This document shows, in pieces, positions 18,600-28,192 of a DNA stretch of 64,000 nucleotides. The stretch is from Oscillospiraceae bacterium. Lineage in GTDB: Bacteria > Bacillota > Clostridia > Oscillospirales > Oscillospiraceae. The position numbers and the translations under genes were made by a program. Location of the stretch: assembly GCA_021203345.1 (NCBI GenBank), contig JAJQBJ010000068.1, positions 9,336 to 73,335 of the forward strand, written 5' to 3'. The notes beneath the pieces are model-generated. The model had not been told where the DNA came from. It did no database searches and saw only the letters and a list, made by a program, of their open reading frames with translations. Each line of letters begins with the position of its first letter. Within the stretch, counting starts at the first letter, position 1.

Positions 18600-18630
18600 C
18601 CGCCCGTGGAAACACGGGCGGCTTTTGTTG
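18600..18630 (+). terminator. hairpin H2 with T-tract (second copy; functional nifJ terminator)
   Basis: CCGCCCGTG-GAAA-CACGGGCGG followed by CTTTTGTTG. The 24 nt CCGCCCGTGGAAACACGGGCGGCT is identical to 18268-18291. Confidence 0.65.
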
Positions 18631-18640
18631 CGAATGAATT

Positions 18641-18668
18641 GAGCCGCCTGTGAAAACACAGGCGGCTC
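18641..18668 (-). terminator. hairpin H3 downstream of purD
   Basis: GAGCCGCCTGTG-AAAA-CACAGGCGGCTC. A paralogue of H1 with a compensatory C:G to T:A change. The T-tract on the minus strand is weak. Confidence 0.45.
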
Positions 18669-18677
18669 GTAAATTGC

Positions 18678-19931
18678 TTAAACTCTGCCGATATCGGGGC
18701 GATAGTGCATATCCTTCCAGGAGATCGGCTTGGCCGACAGATAAGCCTGGTCGATGGCCTCCTCCAGCGTGGGGGCGACGGCGGTAACGCCCAGCACCCG
18801 GCCACCGTTGTTGACGAACTGACCCTGTTCGTTCCGCTTCGTACCGGCGTGGAACACCACGGCTTCCTCCACCTGATCCAGACCGGTGATGGGATAGCCC
18901 TTTTGATATTGGACGGGATATCCGCCCGAGGCCAGCACCAGACAGCAGGCGGCGGCATCCTTCCACTTGATTTCCACCTGGTCCAGGGTTCCGTCAATGC
19001 AAGCATTGAAGATTTGGAACAGATCCGAGTCCAGCAGGGACAGGACGGGCTGTGTCTCCGGGTCGCCAAAGCGGGCGTTGTACTCCACCACCTTCGGGCC
19101 GTCTGCGGTCAGCATCAGACCGAAATACAGCACGCCCTTGAAGGTACGGCCCTCGGCGTTCAGCGCGTCAATGGTGGGCTGGAAAATCTCCTTCATACAG
19201 CGCTCCGCGATCTCCGGGGTATAGTTGGGGGAGGGGGCAATCGCACCCATGCCGCCGGTGTTCGGCCCCTGGTTGCCGTCGTAGGCCCGCTTGTGGTCCT
19301 GGGAGGACACCATGGGCTTGACGGTTTTTCCGTCCGTAAAGGCCAACACAGAGACTTCGGGGCCGGTCATGCACTCCTCGATGACTACGGTGCCACCGGC
19401 GGAGCCGAACTTGCCGCCAACCATCATGTCCTTCAGGGCGGACAGAGCCTCATCCACCGTGGCGGCTACGGTAACGCCCTTACCCAGAGCCAGACCGTCC
19501 GCCTTGACGACAATGGGCGCACCCTGCTCCTGAATGTAAGCGGCAGCGGCATCATAGTCGGTAAAGGTGGCGTATTTGGCGGTGGGGATATGGTATTTCT
19601 TCATCAGCTCCTTAGAGAAGGCCTTGGAGGCCTCGATGATGGCGGCGTTCTTGTGGGGGCCAAAGGCCCGGATACCGGCTTCTTCCAGCGCATCCACCAT
19701 GCCTAAGGCCAGCGGGTCGTCCGGCGCAACCATGACGAAATCCATTTCATTTTCCTTGGCGCACTGCACCATGCCCGCCACATCCGTGGCGGCAACCGGC
19801 AGACAGGTGGCGATTTGGGCGATTCCCGCATTGCCAGGGGCACAGTACAATTCCGTCACCTGGGGGGATTGGGCCAGCTTCCAGCAGATCGCGTGTTCCC
19901 GTCCGCCGCCGCCGACAACTAAAACTTTCAT
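18678..19931 (-). CDS. purD: phosphoribosylamine-glycine ligase
   Basis: 417 aa with N-terminus MKVLVVGGGGREHAICWKL and an ATP-grasp layout. Confidence 0.95.
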   Translation of the reverse strand: MKVLVVGGGGREHAICWKLAQSPQVTELYCAPGNAGIAQIATCLPVAATDVAGMVQCAKENEMDFVMVAPDDPLALGMVDALEEAGIRAFGPHKNAAIIEASKAFSKELMKKYHIPTAKYATFTDYDAAAAYIQEQGAPIVVKADGLALGKGVTVAATVDEALSALKDMMVGGKFGSAGGTVVIEECMTGPEVSVLAFTDGKTVKPMVSSQDHKRAYDGNQGPNTGGMGAIAPSPNYTPEIAERCMKEIFQPTIDALNAEGRTFKGVLYFGLMLTADGPKVVEYNARFGDPETQPVLSLLDSDLFQIFNACIDGTLDQVEIKWKDAAACCLVLASGGYPVQYQKGYPITGLDQVEEAVVFHAGTKRNEQGQFVNNGGRVLGVTAVAPTLEEAIDQAYLSAKPISWKDMHYRPDIGRV

Positions 19932-19959
19932 AAAGGCGTACCTCCTTGCTCAATGCCGG

Positions 19960-21138
19960 TCAGTGATGGAACAGCCGGATGCCGTTGAAGCACATGACCA
20001 TACCATACTTGTTAGCGGAGTTGATCACCGCGTCGTCCCGGATGGAGCCGCCCGGCTCCACCACATACCGGACGCCGGAGCGGTTGGCCCGGTCGATGTT
20101 GTCCCCGAAGGGGAAGAAGGCGTCAGAGCCCAGCGCCACATCGGTCATACCGGCGATCCAGGCCAGCTTTTCCTCTTTGGTGAGGGGTTCCGGCTTGACC
20201 CGGAAGGTCTGCTCCCACAGTCCATCGGCCAGCACGTCCTGGTCGTCGTCGGAAATATAAACGTCAATGGCGTTGTCCCGGGCGGGGCGCTTGATATTGT
20301 CCAGGAAGGGCAGAGCCAGAACCTTGGGATGCTGGCGCAGCCGCCAGTTGTCCGCCTTGGAGCCGGCCAGCCGTACACAGTGAACCCGGCTCTGCTGGCC
20401 TGCGCCCACGCCGATGGTCTGGCCGTTCTTCACGAAGCAGACGGAATTGGACTGGGTGTATTTCAGCGTAATCAGCGAAACGATCAGGTCGATTTTCGCC
20501 TGCTGGGGCAGCTCTTTGTTCTCGGTGACGATATTGTTCAGCATATCGGCGTTGATTTCCAGATTGTTGTGTCCCTGCTCAAAGGTGATGCCGAAGATGG
20601 TGCGGCGCTCGACGGGGTCGCACTCATAGTCCGGGTCAATGGCGATGACGTTGTAATTGCCCTTCTTCTTGGTTTTCAGAATGGCGAGGGCCTCGTCCGT
20701 ATAGCCGGGGGCAATCACGCCGTCAGAAACCTCCGCTTTCAGATAGGTGGCGGTGGCGGCGTCGCACACATCGGACAGCGCAGCCCAGTCCCCGTAGGAG
20801 CAGAGCCGATCTGCACCCCGGGCGCGGATATAGGCGCAGGCCAGGGGCGTCAGCTCCTGTTCAGGGGCCACAAAATAAATCTGCTTCTCCACTTCGTTCA
20901 GGGGCAGACCGACGGCGGCACCGGCAGGGGAGACGTGCTTAAAGGAGGCCGCGGCGGGCAGACCGGTGGCCTTTTTCAGCTCCCGAACCAACTGCCAGGA
21001 GTTCAGAGCGTCCATAAAGTTGATATAGCCGGGGCGACCGTTCAGCACGGTGACGGGCAGCGCAGCGCCTCCCTCCATATAGATACGGCTGGGCTTCTGA
21101 TTGGGGTTGCAACCGTATTTCAGCGCGAGTTCATCCAT
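19960..21138 (-). CDS. purH: AICAR formyltransferase (PurH transformylase domain only)
   Basis: 392 aa. Matches only the C-terminal AICARFT part of bifunctional PurH (FKHVSPAGAAVG...). No MGS-like IMP cyclohydrolase domain. Confidence 0.88.
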   Translation of the reverse strand: MDELALKYGCNPNQKPSRIYMEGGAALPVTVLNGRPGYINFMDALNSWQLVRELKKATGLPAAASFKHVSPAGAAVGLPLNEVEKQIYFVAPEQELTPLACAYIRARGADRLCSYGDWAALSDVCDAATATYLKAEVSDGVIAPGYTDEALAILKTKKKGNYNVIAIDPDYECDPVERRTIFGITFEQGHNNLEINADMLNNIVTENKELPQQAKIDLIVSLITLKYTQSNSVCFVKNGQTIGVGAGQQSRVHCVRLAGSKADNWRLRQHPKVLALPFLDNIKRPARDNAIDVYISDDDQDVLADGLWEQTFRVKPEPLTKEEKLAWIAGMTDVALGSDAFFPFGDNIDRANRSGVRYVVEPGGSIRDDAVINSANKYGMVMCFNGIRLFHH

Positions 21139-21190
21139 ATAAAAAACCTTCCTTACATTAAAATCAAAATCATCAAAATCCTTGCAGAGT

Positions 21191-21907
21191 TCACTTTGTC
21201 ACTTCGTACTTGTTGGTCAGAACCGTGTCCGACTTGCCGGTGGACAGATTGATATAGGACACATACAGGGACACCTTGTTGTCCTCGTTCAGGTTTGCCC
21301 ACAGAAGCTGAGAGAATTCCTGGGCGGTGGCGCAGTCGATCCCAACCAGCTCCGGCTCGCCCTCGAAGGTGGGCAGGGGGTTCCCGTCCCCCATATAGGT
21401 GTGGATAAAGTGGCCGTAGCCCGGCTGGGGATTGTCATACTCATAGAAGTACCGGTTGTTGCAGTCCGGGTTGCCGTAAAAGCTCTTTAAAATAGACAGG
21501 GCATAGGAACCGTCCTGCTCCAGAATACCGGAGATTCTGGGCGTATAGTTCGGGGGGTCAGGCTCGAAGCAGCGGGTGCGGAGCGCCTCAATATAACTCT
21601 GACCGTCCTCCAGCCCGTCCCGAATGGTGTCCGTCTGGTCGCCGTTGGTGACGATCAGGTGGTTGACGAACTGACGAACAGGGTGATAGATAATCAGAGA
21701 CGGATCCTCCAACTTGGCGGGATCGGCGGCCTCCGTGCGGATGCCGTCCAGCGTGGTGGTGAAAACCCGGTTGCGGCTGTTGGCAGAGCGGCCCATGATG
21801 AAATAGGCCACCACAGCGCAGGTGTTGTCCGCAGAGCGGCCCAGAATAATCCCCCGGCCGGGGTACGGATTTCCGCTGAGCAGGTCAGCGATGTTAAGAA
21901 CGTTCAT
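21191..21907 (-). CDS. purO: IMP cyclohydrolase, PurO (archaeal) type
   Basis: 238 aa. The YPGRGIILGRS...VVAYFIMGRSANSRNR pattern resembles PurO. It sits where the missing PurH half would be needed. Confidence 0.75.
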   Translation of the reverse strand: MNVLNIADLLSGNPYPGRGIILGRSADNTCAVVAYFIMGRSANSRNRVFTTTLDGIRTEAADPAKLEDPSLIIYHPVRQFVNHLIVTNGDQTDTIRDGLEDGQSYIEALRTRCFEPDPPNYTPRISGILEQDGSYALSILKSFYGNPDCNNRYFYEYDNPQPGYGHFIHTYMGDGNPLPTFEGEPELVGIDCATAQEFSQLLWANLNEDNKVSLYVSYINLSTGKSDTVLTNKYEVTK

Positions 21908-21946
21908 TACCAGACCTCCTATAGATATTTTTGGGAAATGCGTTTT

Positions 21947-22573
21947 TCAGGGAAGAATATGCACGATGCGGCCCTCCACCCGGAGGCGATCCTGACAGAA
22001 CAGGCTGACCGCCTGGGGCAGGAGCTTCCACTCCGCCTGCTCCATGATGCGGCGCTGGAGCAGGGAGGGGGTGTCGCCCTCCTCCACCGGCACCGCCTTT
22101 TGCAGGATGATTGGCCCGCCGTCACATTCTGCGGAGACAAAATGAACCGTAGCGCCGGAAACCTTAACGCCGTATGCCAGCACCTTTTCGTGGACGTGAA
22201 GGCCATAGGCCCCCGGCCCGCAGAAGGAGGGAATCAGCGCCGGGTGGACGTTGATGATGGCGTTGGGATAGGCGTCCACCAGCTCCTCGGTCAGGATATA
22301 CAGAAAGCCTGCCAGCACCACCAGGTCGATTCGGGCCTGGGTCAGCTGTTCCGTCAGGGCGACGGTCATAGCGCGGCTGTTGGGATAGTCCGCCTTGTTG
22401 ACGACAACAGAGGGGATATTGGCCTGCCTGGCCCGCTCCAGAGCGTAAGCGTCCGGGGAGGAGGAAATCACCAGAGAGATTTCACCGCCCAAAATCTCCC
22501 CCCGGCCCTGAGCGTCAATCAGCGCCTGCAGGTTGGTTCCGCCACCGGAAACCAGAACGGCGATGCGTTTCAT
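21947..22573 (-). CDS. purN: phosphoribosylglycinamide formyltransferase
   Basis: 208 aa with N-terminus [20 protein letters not shown]. Confidence 0.9.
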   Translation of the reverse strand: MKRIAVLVSGGGTNLQALIDAQGRGEILGGEISLVISSSPDAYALERARQANIPSVVVNKADYPNSRAMTVALTEQLTQARIDLVVLAGFLYILTEELVDAYPNAIINVHPALIPSFCGPGAYGLHVHEKVLAYGVKVSGATVHFVSAECDGGPIILQKAVPVEEGDTPSLLQRRIMEQAEWKLLPQAVSLFCQDRLRVEGRIVHILP

Positions 22574-23628
22574 AGGCCCAGCACCTCAACGCCGTCGGTC
22601 CCCTTTACCACGGAGCCGATGCAGTAGGCCTGCTCCCCGGCTGCGTTCAGAAGGGAGACAGCCTGTTCAGCCTGTTCGGCGGGAACGGCGGCAATCATGC
22701 CGATGCCCATGTTGAAGGTGTTGTACATATCCCGGATGGGAATGTTCCCGTCCTTTTGAATGATGTCAAAGATGGGCAGCTTGGGGAAGGTGTCCAGCTG
22801 AATCCGGGCGCACAGGCCCTCAGTCATCATCCGGGGGACGTTCTCATAGAAGCCGCCGCCCGTGATATGGCTGACCGCCTTCACCGCAATGCCGCCGTTC
22901 AAAAGGGCCTGAATTGCCTTGACATAGATGCGGGTGGGGGTCAGCAGCGCCTCGCCCAGCGTACAGCCCAGTTCGTCATAGTAGACCTTCACCGTCTCCT
23001 CGTTGATGCCCAGCACCTTGCGAACCAGAGAGAAGCCGTTGGAGTGAACGCCGGAGGAGGCCAGACCGATCAGCGCGTCGCCCTCCTGCAGGCTCTTGCC
23101 GTCGATGATGTTGTCATAGTCCACCAGACCCACGGTAAAGCCCGCCAGGTCGTATTCGTCCACGGGATAGAAGCCGGGCATTTCGGCAGTCTCGCCGCCA
23201 ATCAGGGCGCAGCCCGCCTGCTTGCAGCCGTCCGTGATACCCTTGACGATCTGCTCGATGCGGGCGGGGTCATTTTTGCCGCAGGCGATGTAGTCCAGGA
23301 AGAACAGGGGAGAGGCCCCGCCGCAGACCACGTCGTTGACGCACATGGCTACGCAGTCAATGCCCACGGTATCATGCTTGTCCATCAAAAAGGCCAGCTT
23401 GAGCTTGGTGCCTACGCCGTCGGTGCCAGAGACAAGCACCGGCTTTTTCATCCCGGACACGTCCGGGGCGAACAGGCCGCCGAAGCCGCCCAACCCGCCC
23501 AGCACGCCGGGGATATTGGTGGAGGCTACCAGAGGCTTGATACGGTTCACCGCCTCATAACCGGCGGTCACGTCTACGCCGGCTGCGGCGTAGGAGTCGG
23601 ATTTAGAAAGGTTGCTCATATTCATCAT
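22570..23628 (-). CDS. purM: phosphoribosylformylglycinamidine cyclo-ligase (AIR synthetase)
   Basis: 352 aa with SYAAAGVD and [10 protein letters not shown] motifs. Confidence 0.93.
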   Translation of the reverse strand: MMNMSNLSKSDSYAAAGVDVTAGYEAVNRIKPLVASTNIPGVLGGLGGFGGLFAPDVSGMKKPVLVSGTDGVGTKLKLAFLMDKHDTVGIDCVAMCVNDVVCGGASPLFFLDYIACGKNDPARIEQIVKGITDGCKQAGCALIGGETAEMPGFYPVDEYDLAGFTVGLVDYDNIIDGKSLQEGDALIGLASSGVHSNGFSLVRKVLGINEETVKVYYDELGCTLGEALLTPTRIYVKAIQALLNGGIAVKAVSHITGGGFYENVPRMMTEGLCARIQLDTFPKLPIFDIIQKDGNIPIRDMYNTFNMGIGMIAAVPAEQAEQAVSLLNAAGEQAYCIGSVVKGTDGVEVLGL

Positions 23629-23646
23629 TCCTCCATGTTGTTGGGA

Positions 23647-25116
23647 TTAAACGGCCTTGCCTGTCGTATCCCTTGGAATCGGCAGGACATAGTGACCGGT
23701 AAAGCACGCATCGCACACGCCCATGTGCAGACCGTCCATTAAATCCTTCAGGTCTGTCACGGACATATATTGCAGAGAGTCCGCCCCAATCATCTCGCAC
23801 ACTTCCTCGGTGGTGCGTCCGTAGGCGGCCAGCTGGCTGCTGTCCGGGATGTGGGTGCCGAAATAGCAGGGATTCAGGAAGGGCGGGGCCGTTACCTTCA
23901 TATGAACCTCCGTGGCCCCGGCGTGACGCAAAATCTTTACGATACGCTTACAGGTGGTGCCCCGGACGATGGAGTCATCCACCAGAATAATCCGCTTTCC
24001 CCGCACCACGGCGGCCAGGGCGTTGAGCTTGATGCGAACCGACTTGTCCCGCTCCCACTGCTGGGACTGGATAAAGGCCCGCTGAATATAGCGGTTTTTC
24101 ATCAGGCCAATGCCATAGGGAATTCCGGATTCCTTGGAAAAGCCCATGGCGGCCGCCAGGCCGGAGTCCGGTACGCCGATGACCAAATCGCCCTGAGCGG
24201 TGTTCCGCCGGGCCAGCATCCGCCCGGCCTGCTCCCGGAAGTGTCCCACCGAAACGCCGTCGATGATGGAGTCCTGCCGGGTGAAATAAATCAGCTCGAA
24301 CATACACAGGGAGGACTTAGCCAGGATGCCGCAATGATAGCTGTCAATGCGGCCCTTCTCGGCCACAATGACCTCGCCCGGCTTCACGTCCCGAATCAGA
24401 TATCCCCCCAGCGCCTGAATGGCGCAGGATTCCGAGGCAAAGACGATGGAATCGCCTACCTTCCCCATGCACAGGGGGCGGAACCCGTTGGGGTCCCGGG
24501 CGGCAATCAGCCGGGTCTGGTCCATGACAATCAGGGAGAACGCGCCGATCATGAACTGCATGGCATTCAATACCGCGTCCTCCAGGGTGTTGGTACGCAG
24601 ATGCTCCCGGACGATCATATAGGAAATGACCTCCGCATCGTTGGTGGTGCGGAAGATAGCGCCCCGGTTTTCACACTCGGTTCGCAGCGCCTTGCTGTTC
24701 ACCAGCTTCCCGTTGTAACACAGGGCCATGGAGCCGGAGGCGTGGTGAACGATGATGGGCTGGGCGTTGGTCACGGTGCGGAGGCTGTTGTCGGCGGCAT
24801 AGCGCACATGACCAATGGCCATCTGCGCCCCGGACAGCGCCTCCAGATGCTCCTTGGAGAACACATCCGGCACCAGACCGGTGTCCTTATGCTGTAGCAG
24901 ATCCCCGTCCCGGTTGACGGTGATGCCGCAGGATTCCTGGCCCCGGTGTTGCAGGGCGAACAGGGCGTTGTAGGCGGCCAGAGCGGGATCTCTGTCCTCG
25001 TTGGGAGGACAGGACATGCCGAAAATACCACATTCCTCGTGGAGCTTGTCATCGGTACATAGACAGTTCAGGGGAAGTCCCTCCTTTTTCTGTGGGCCGA
25101 TGGAGCGGCGCGTCAC
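23647..25116 (-). CDS. purF: amidophosphoribosyltransferase
   Basis: Ntn Cys in EECGIFG and PRPP loop ILVDDSIVRGTT. Proposed GTG start at 25116 overlaps the purE stop (GTGA). The longer listed ORF (to 25572) overlaps purE. Confidence 0.88.
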   Translation of the reverse strand: MTRRSIGPQKKEGLPLNCLCTDDKLHEECGIFGMSCPPNEDRDPALAAYNALFALQHRGQESCGITVNRDGDLLQHKDTGLVPDVFSKEHLEALSGAQMAIGHVRYAADNSLRTVTNAQPIIVHHASGSMALCYNGKLVNSKALRTECENRGAIFRTTNDAEVISYMIVREHLRTNTLEDAVLNAMQFMIGAFSLIVMDQTRLIAARDPNGFRPLCMGKVGDSIVFASESCAIQALGGYLIRDVKPGEVIVAEKGRIDSYHCGILAKSSLCMFELIYFTRQDSIIDGVSVGHFREQAGRMLARRNTAQGDLVIGVPDSGLAAAMGFSKESGIPYGIGLMKNRYIQRAFIQSQQWERDKSVRIKLNALAAVVRGKRIILVDDSIVRGTTCKRIVKILRHAGATEVHMKVTAPPFLNPCYFGTHIPDSSQLAAYGRTTEEVCEMIGADSLQYMSVTDLKDLMDGLHMGVCDACFTGHYVLPIPRDTTGKAV

Positions 25117-25613
25117 AGGGCAGCCACCTCGGTCTGGAGCTTGGACTCCTTGGCGGCGATTTGCTCTACCATTTCCGTCCGTCCGGTGTCCAGCTTTGCG
25201 GCCAACTGAGGGTCGGAAACCGCCAGAATCTGCACAGCCAGCACGGCGGCGTTTTTGGCCCCGTTCAGGGCCACGGTTGCCACGGGAATCCCGGAGGGCA
25301 TTTGTACAGTGGCCAGCAGCGCATCCAGTCCATCCATGGCCCCGCCCTTCAGCGGGATACCGATGACGGGAAGGGTGGTGTTGGCGGCAAAGGCCCCGGC
25401 CAGATGAGCCGCCATGCCCGCCGCGCAGATAATGACGCCGAACCCGTTGCTCCGGGCGGTGCGGGCAAACTCCGCAGCGGCGGCGGGGGTGCGGTGGGCG
25501 CTCATGATATGCGCCTCGTAGGGAACACCGAATTTGTTCAGCTCGGTGCAGGTGGCCTTTACTGTGGGCCAATCGCTGTCGGAGCCCATGATAATTGCTA
25601 CTTTTTTCGACAT
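25113..25613 (-). CDS. purE: N5-carboxyaminoimidazole ribonucleotide mutase
   Basis: [15 protein letters not shown]... with GGAGG 8 nt upstream of the ATG at 25613. Confidence 0.9.
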   Translation of the reverse strand: MSKKVAIIMGSDSDWPTVKATCTELNKFGVPYEAHIMSAHRTPAAAAEFARTARSNGFGVIICAAGMAAHLAGAFAANTTLPVIGIPLKGGAMDGLDALLATVQMPSGIPVATVALNGAKNAAVLAVQILAVSDPQLAAKLDTGRTEMVEQIAAKESKLQTEVAAL

Positions 25614-25625
25614 TTCAAAAACCTC

Positions 25626-25663
25626 CAAAACGAAAGCAGGAAGCATGGGGAACTGCTTCCTGC
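25626..25663 (-). terminator. leader terminator/attenuator immediately upstream of the purE RBS
   Basis: The minus strand reads AGCAGGAAGC-10 nt-GCTTCCTGCT followed by TTCGTTTT. It lies inside a ~190-nt 5' leader. Confidence 0.6.
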
Positions 25664-25814
25664 TGAAATTTTATGCGTACATACGGATGGGCGCAAAGAT
25701 ACCCTGGGAAAAACCGCCGGCATAACCAATGAAAATCGGATCCATCCTTGCACCCCTTTTCCTGCGATACCCGGCCCAAAGCCGAGGGCCTTTGGCCTTT
25801 GATGTGTTTACATT

Positions 25815-25843
25815 TATTTTACCGGAAAGACCGGAGAAATGCA
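25815..25843 (-). promoter_or_regulatory. candidate pur operon promoter
   Basis: The minus strand reads TTGCAT (25843-25838), a 17-nt spacer, then TAAAAT (25820-25815). Confidence 0.45.
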
Positions 25844-25935
25844 AGCCTGCCCGACGGGAAAAGTCAAATTTTCTGCGGTTGCACCAGAGAGAATGAAAAA
25901 AAGGACGGTGCTTTTATCGCTTTTTGTCAGTCGCC

Positions 25936-27084
25936 CTATTTGAACCAATCCCGCCCGTCGTCGATGGAGCGGGTCAAATCCAATTCCTCCAGAAGCTTGC
26001 TGTCCTCCACGGCCTGCTGAACCTGACGGCAGCGATTCGACCAGTCGGAATCGGCGGCGATTTTGTGACGGGCTACCTTTTTCTCCGTGGGGTCGTGCTG
26101 CACGATTTTTTCGCACATCTCCACAAAGCGGGGGATGGAATAGGCGGAGTCGATCAGGGTGGGGTAGACCTCCTTTTGCAGATGGTGGTACATGGCGGCC
26201 ACCGGCAGGCCCTGGGCGAAATACTCATAGACCCGGGGGGAGAGAATGTCGTTGTCCTCCATGCCGTCCCGCAGAAGCATCATCCCGGCGGTCATATGGC
26301 GCAGATAGGGGGGGATGTCCGCGGCCCGCTTTGGCCCCAGAAAATAGACGTTGGGCAGCTTGCGGACGCTGGAAACATAGCGGTTGTGCCGACTGACCAG
26401 CCCCAGAAAGACAAAGCTCCACTCCGGATGGGCGGTGGCCGCCGCCTCCACCGGTGTCAGATTCAGGTTGGGCCAGACGGTGCCGACATAGCCGAATATG
26501 GGGGACGCACAGCGGGCCATATCCAGAGGACAGAGAAACGCATCCGTGCGAACCGCGTCATATCGCTCAAAGGGGATGCCGTTGGGCACCACCACAATGT
26601 TGTGATTACAGGGGGAGAGGTGCTCCTGCAAGCCGGGGGAGGCGGCGAATACAATGTCCGCCCGGCAGGTGAGCTGACTTTCCAGCAGGATGGGCAGCCG
26701 CGACCAGTCCTGATCGCAGTCATAAATCAGGCCGGAGTGGGGAATCTCGTCCACCAGCTCGTCATAGATCGGGGAGCAGACCCACAGAAGGGGCTGCTGA
26801 AACAGATGGTGACGCATGGCGTCCACAATAATATGGAGCAGCTTCCGATGGTTGGCGGCGCTGAGCCGGGGCCGTTCCTCTATGATGGGCGGGATAGGGG
26901 GGAGGGTGTACAGATAGGTCATGGGGCGTATCCGTTCCCCGTTCCGGCGGGGAGGTCTGGGGGTATGCGGCTCGAAAAAAAGCACCTCCGCATCGGAGAA
27001 AACCTCCAAAAACCGCTGGGTGCGGGTGGGGGAAGTCCGCCAGGGTGAGGCGGCGAGGCATAGAATCTGCTTCAAAGGAATCAC
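25936..27084 (-). CDS. GT-B fold glycosyltransferase (TuaH-like)
   Basis: 382-aa ORF. The C-terminal half has a GT1/GT4-like pattern (FGYVG...L...VYFLGPK...P.YL). Assignment is from motif resemblance only. Confidence 0.5.
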   Translation of the reverse strand: MIPLKQILCLAASPWRTSPTRTQRFLEVFSDAEVLFFEPHTPRPPRRNGERIRPMTYLYTLPPIPPIIEERPRLSAANHRKLLHIIVDAMRHHLFQQPLLWVCSPIYDELVDEIPHSGLIYDCDQDWSRLPILLESQLTCRADIVFAASPGLQEHLSPCNHNIVVVPNGIPFERYDAVRTDAFLCPLDMARCASPIFGYVGTVWPNLNLTPVEAAATAHPEWSFVFLGLVSRHNRYVSSVRKLPNVYFLGPKRAADIPPYLRHMTAGMMLLRDGMEDNDILSPRVYEYFAQGLPVAAMYHHLQKEVYPTLIDSAYSIPRFVEMCEKIVQHDPTEKKVARHKIAADSDWSNRCRQVQQAVEDSKLLEELDLTRSIDDGRDWFK

Positions 27085-27258
27085 CTGTCACATCATGATA
27101 AGCTGATATTACCTGAATTTTAGGGAGAATGCAAGGGGGAAATGGGGAATTGCAGCTTTTTCCTACGACTGCCTTGCTACAAAGTGAAAAATATCTTGTA
27201 TTTCATCAAATTGTGTGTTATGATTTACATTAAGGCCGCATACGAAGCTTGAGGTGGG

Positions 27259-28176
27259 ATGTCCATGACCGAGGAGAAATTGCAGCAGGATGCACTGCTC
27301 CAGCAGTTGCAGCGAAAACAGGCTCTGAAACAGCAGTGTCTCCGGCAGGCAGAAGCATCTCAGCCTGACCCGGTAACGACGCTATTTTACAAAAACGCGG
27401 TACTCCTTGCCACACAGCGGCGGGCAGATTTGTTTTCGCTACTGCGTCAGCTGCGATATACTGCTCCGGAGGGGAGCTCGCCACTGGACAGCGGCATCTC
27501 CGCCATAAGGCTCGTGGCAGAGTTGTTGCGCGTGGAGCCATGTACCCTGCTCCTTGAGGACAGGCCCCAGACAGAATATCTTGTATCGCAGCTTCTCCGA
27601 GATCTTGACGGCTGTGACGCGTGGCAGGATGTCACCACGACACCTTCGGCCAGCAGCTTTACTTTGCCCGGCTATGACTATGCTCTACGCATGACGGAGA
27701 CGCCTCATGCTACCCTGCTTTTTTCCATGACACAATCCGGCTTTGCACTGGAGGTTTTGGGCAGCGACCTTCCCGGTACTGTTCCGCTTTGGCAGGAGCA
27801 ATCGGGGCTGCTACAGGAATTCATGGAAACTGTATTCGTCACTTATGCGGAGGGCGAGGAACACAGGAAAATCAAAGCGGAGCTGACACGGCACGCGCAG
27901 ACCATGAAGGATTTGGCTGCGGCAGCCAGGGAGCAGCCGGACGCTTTTCGGCTGGATGCCTTTTTGCAAAAGGAGGCGCTCCAGTTGACGGAGCTTCGGG
28001 ATACTCTGAGAAACCAGTTGACCCAGCACCCGGATAACCGGGATGCCGTGTTGCTTTTGAGCGGCGCAGTCGGACAGCTGCGCTCCGGCACTGTTGACGC
28101 GCTCCAGGAAGCGGCCTATCTTGTGCAGGGTGCGGCAGATACCATAACATCATCACCCCGGCGCGTTGCGCCTTAG
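27259..28176 (+). CDS. hypothetical protein (Q/L-rich, predicted helical)
   Basis: 305-aa ORF with GAGGTGGG upstream of the ATG. No recognisable motif. Confidence 0.45.
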   Translation: MSMTEEKLQQDALLQQLQRKQALKQQCLRQAEASQPDPVTTLFYKNAVLLATQRRADLFSLLRQLRYTAPEGSSPLDSGISAIRLVAELLRVEPCTLLLEDRPQTEYLVSQLLRDLDGCDAWQDVTTTPSASSFTLPGYDYALRMTETPHATLLFSMTQSGFALEVLGSDLPGTVPLWQEQSGLLQEFMETVFVTYAEGEEHRKIKAELTRHAQTMKDLAAAAREQPDAFRLDAFLQKEALQLTELRDTLRNQLTQHPDNRDAVLLLSGAVGQLRSGTVDALQEAAYLVQGAADTITSSPRRVAP

Positions 28177-28192
28177 AATTTAGGAGGTAACT

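Noticed and set aside
18340-18966. ORFs spanning the repeat element (also 34392-34613 and 34453-34644), which share peptide segments such as SLCLFAGTRPAKKTYFTLFCCFATKLLRRAS
   Set aside because: The similarity is at the nucleotide level. A ~60-nt indel and frame changes between the copies rule out a conserved protein.
23647-25572. 641-aa version of purF extending through purE
   Set aside because: The N-terminal 150 aa are an out-of-frame overlap of purE with an Arg/Gly-rich composition. A GTG at 25116 coupled to the purE stop gives a normal-length PurF with a short propeptide before the catalytic Cys.
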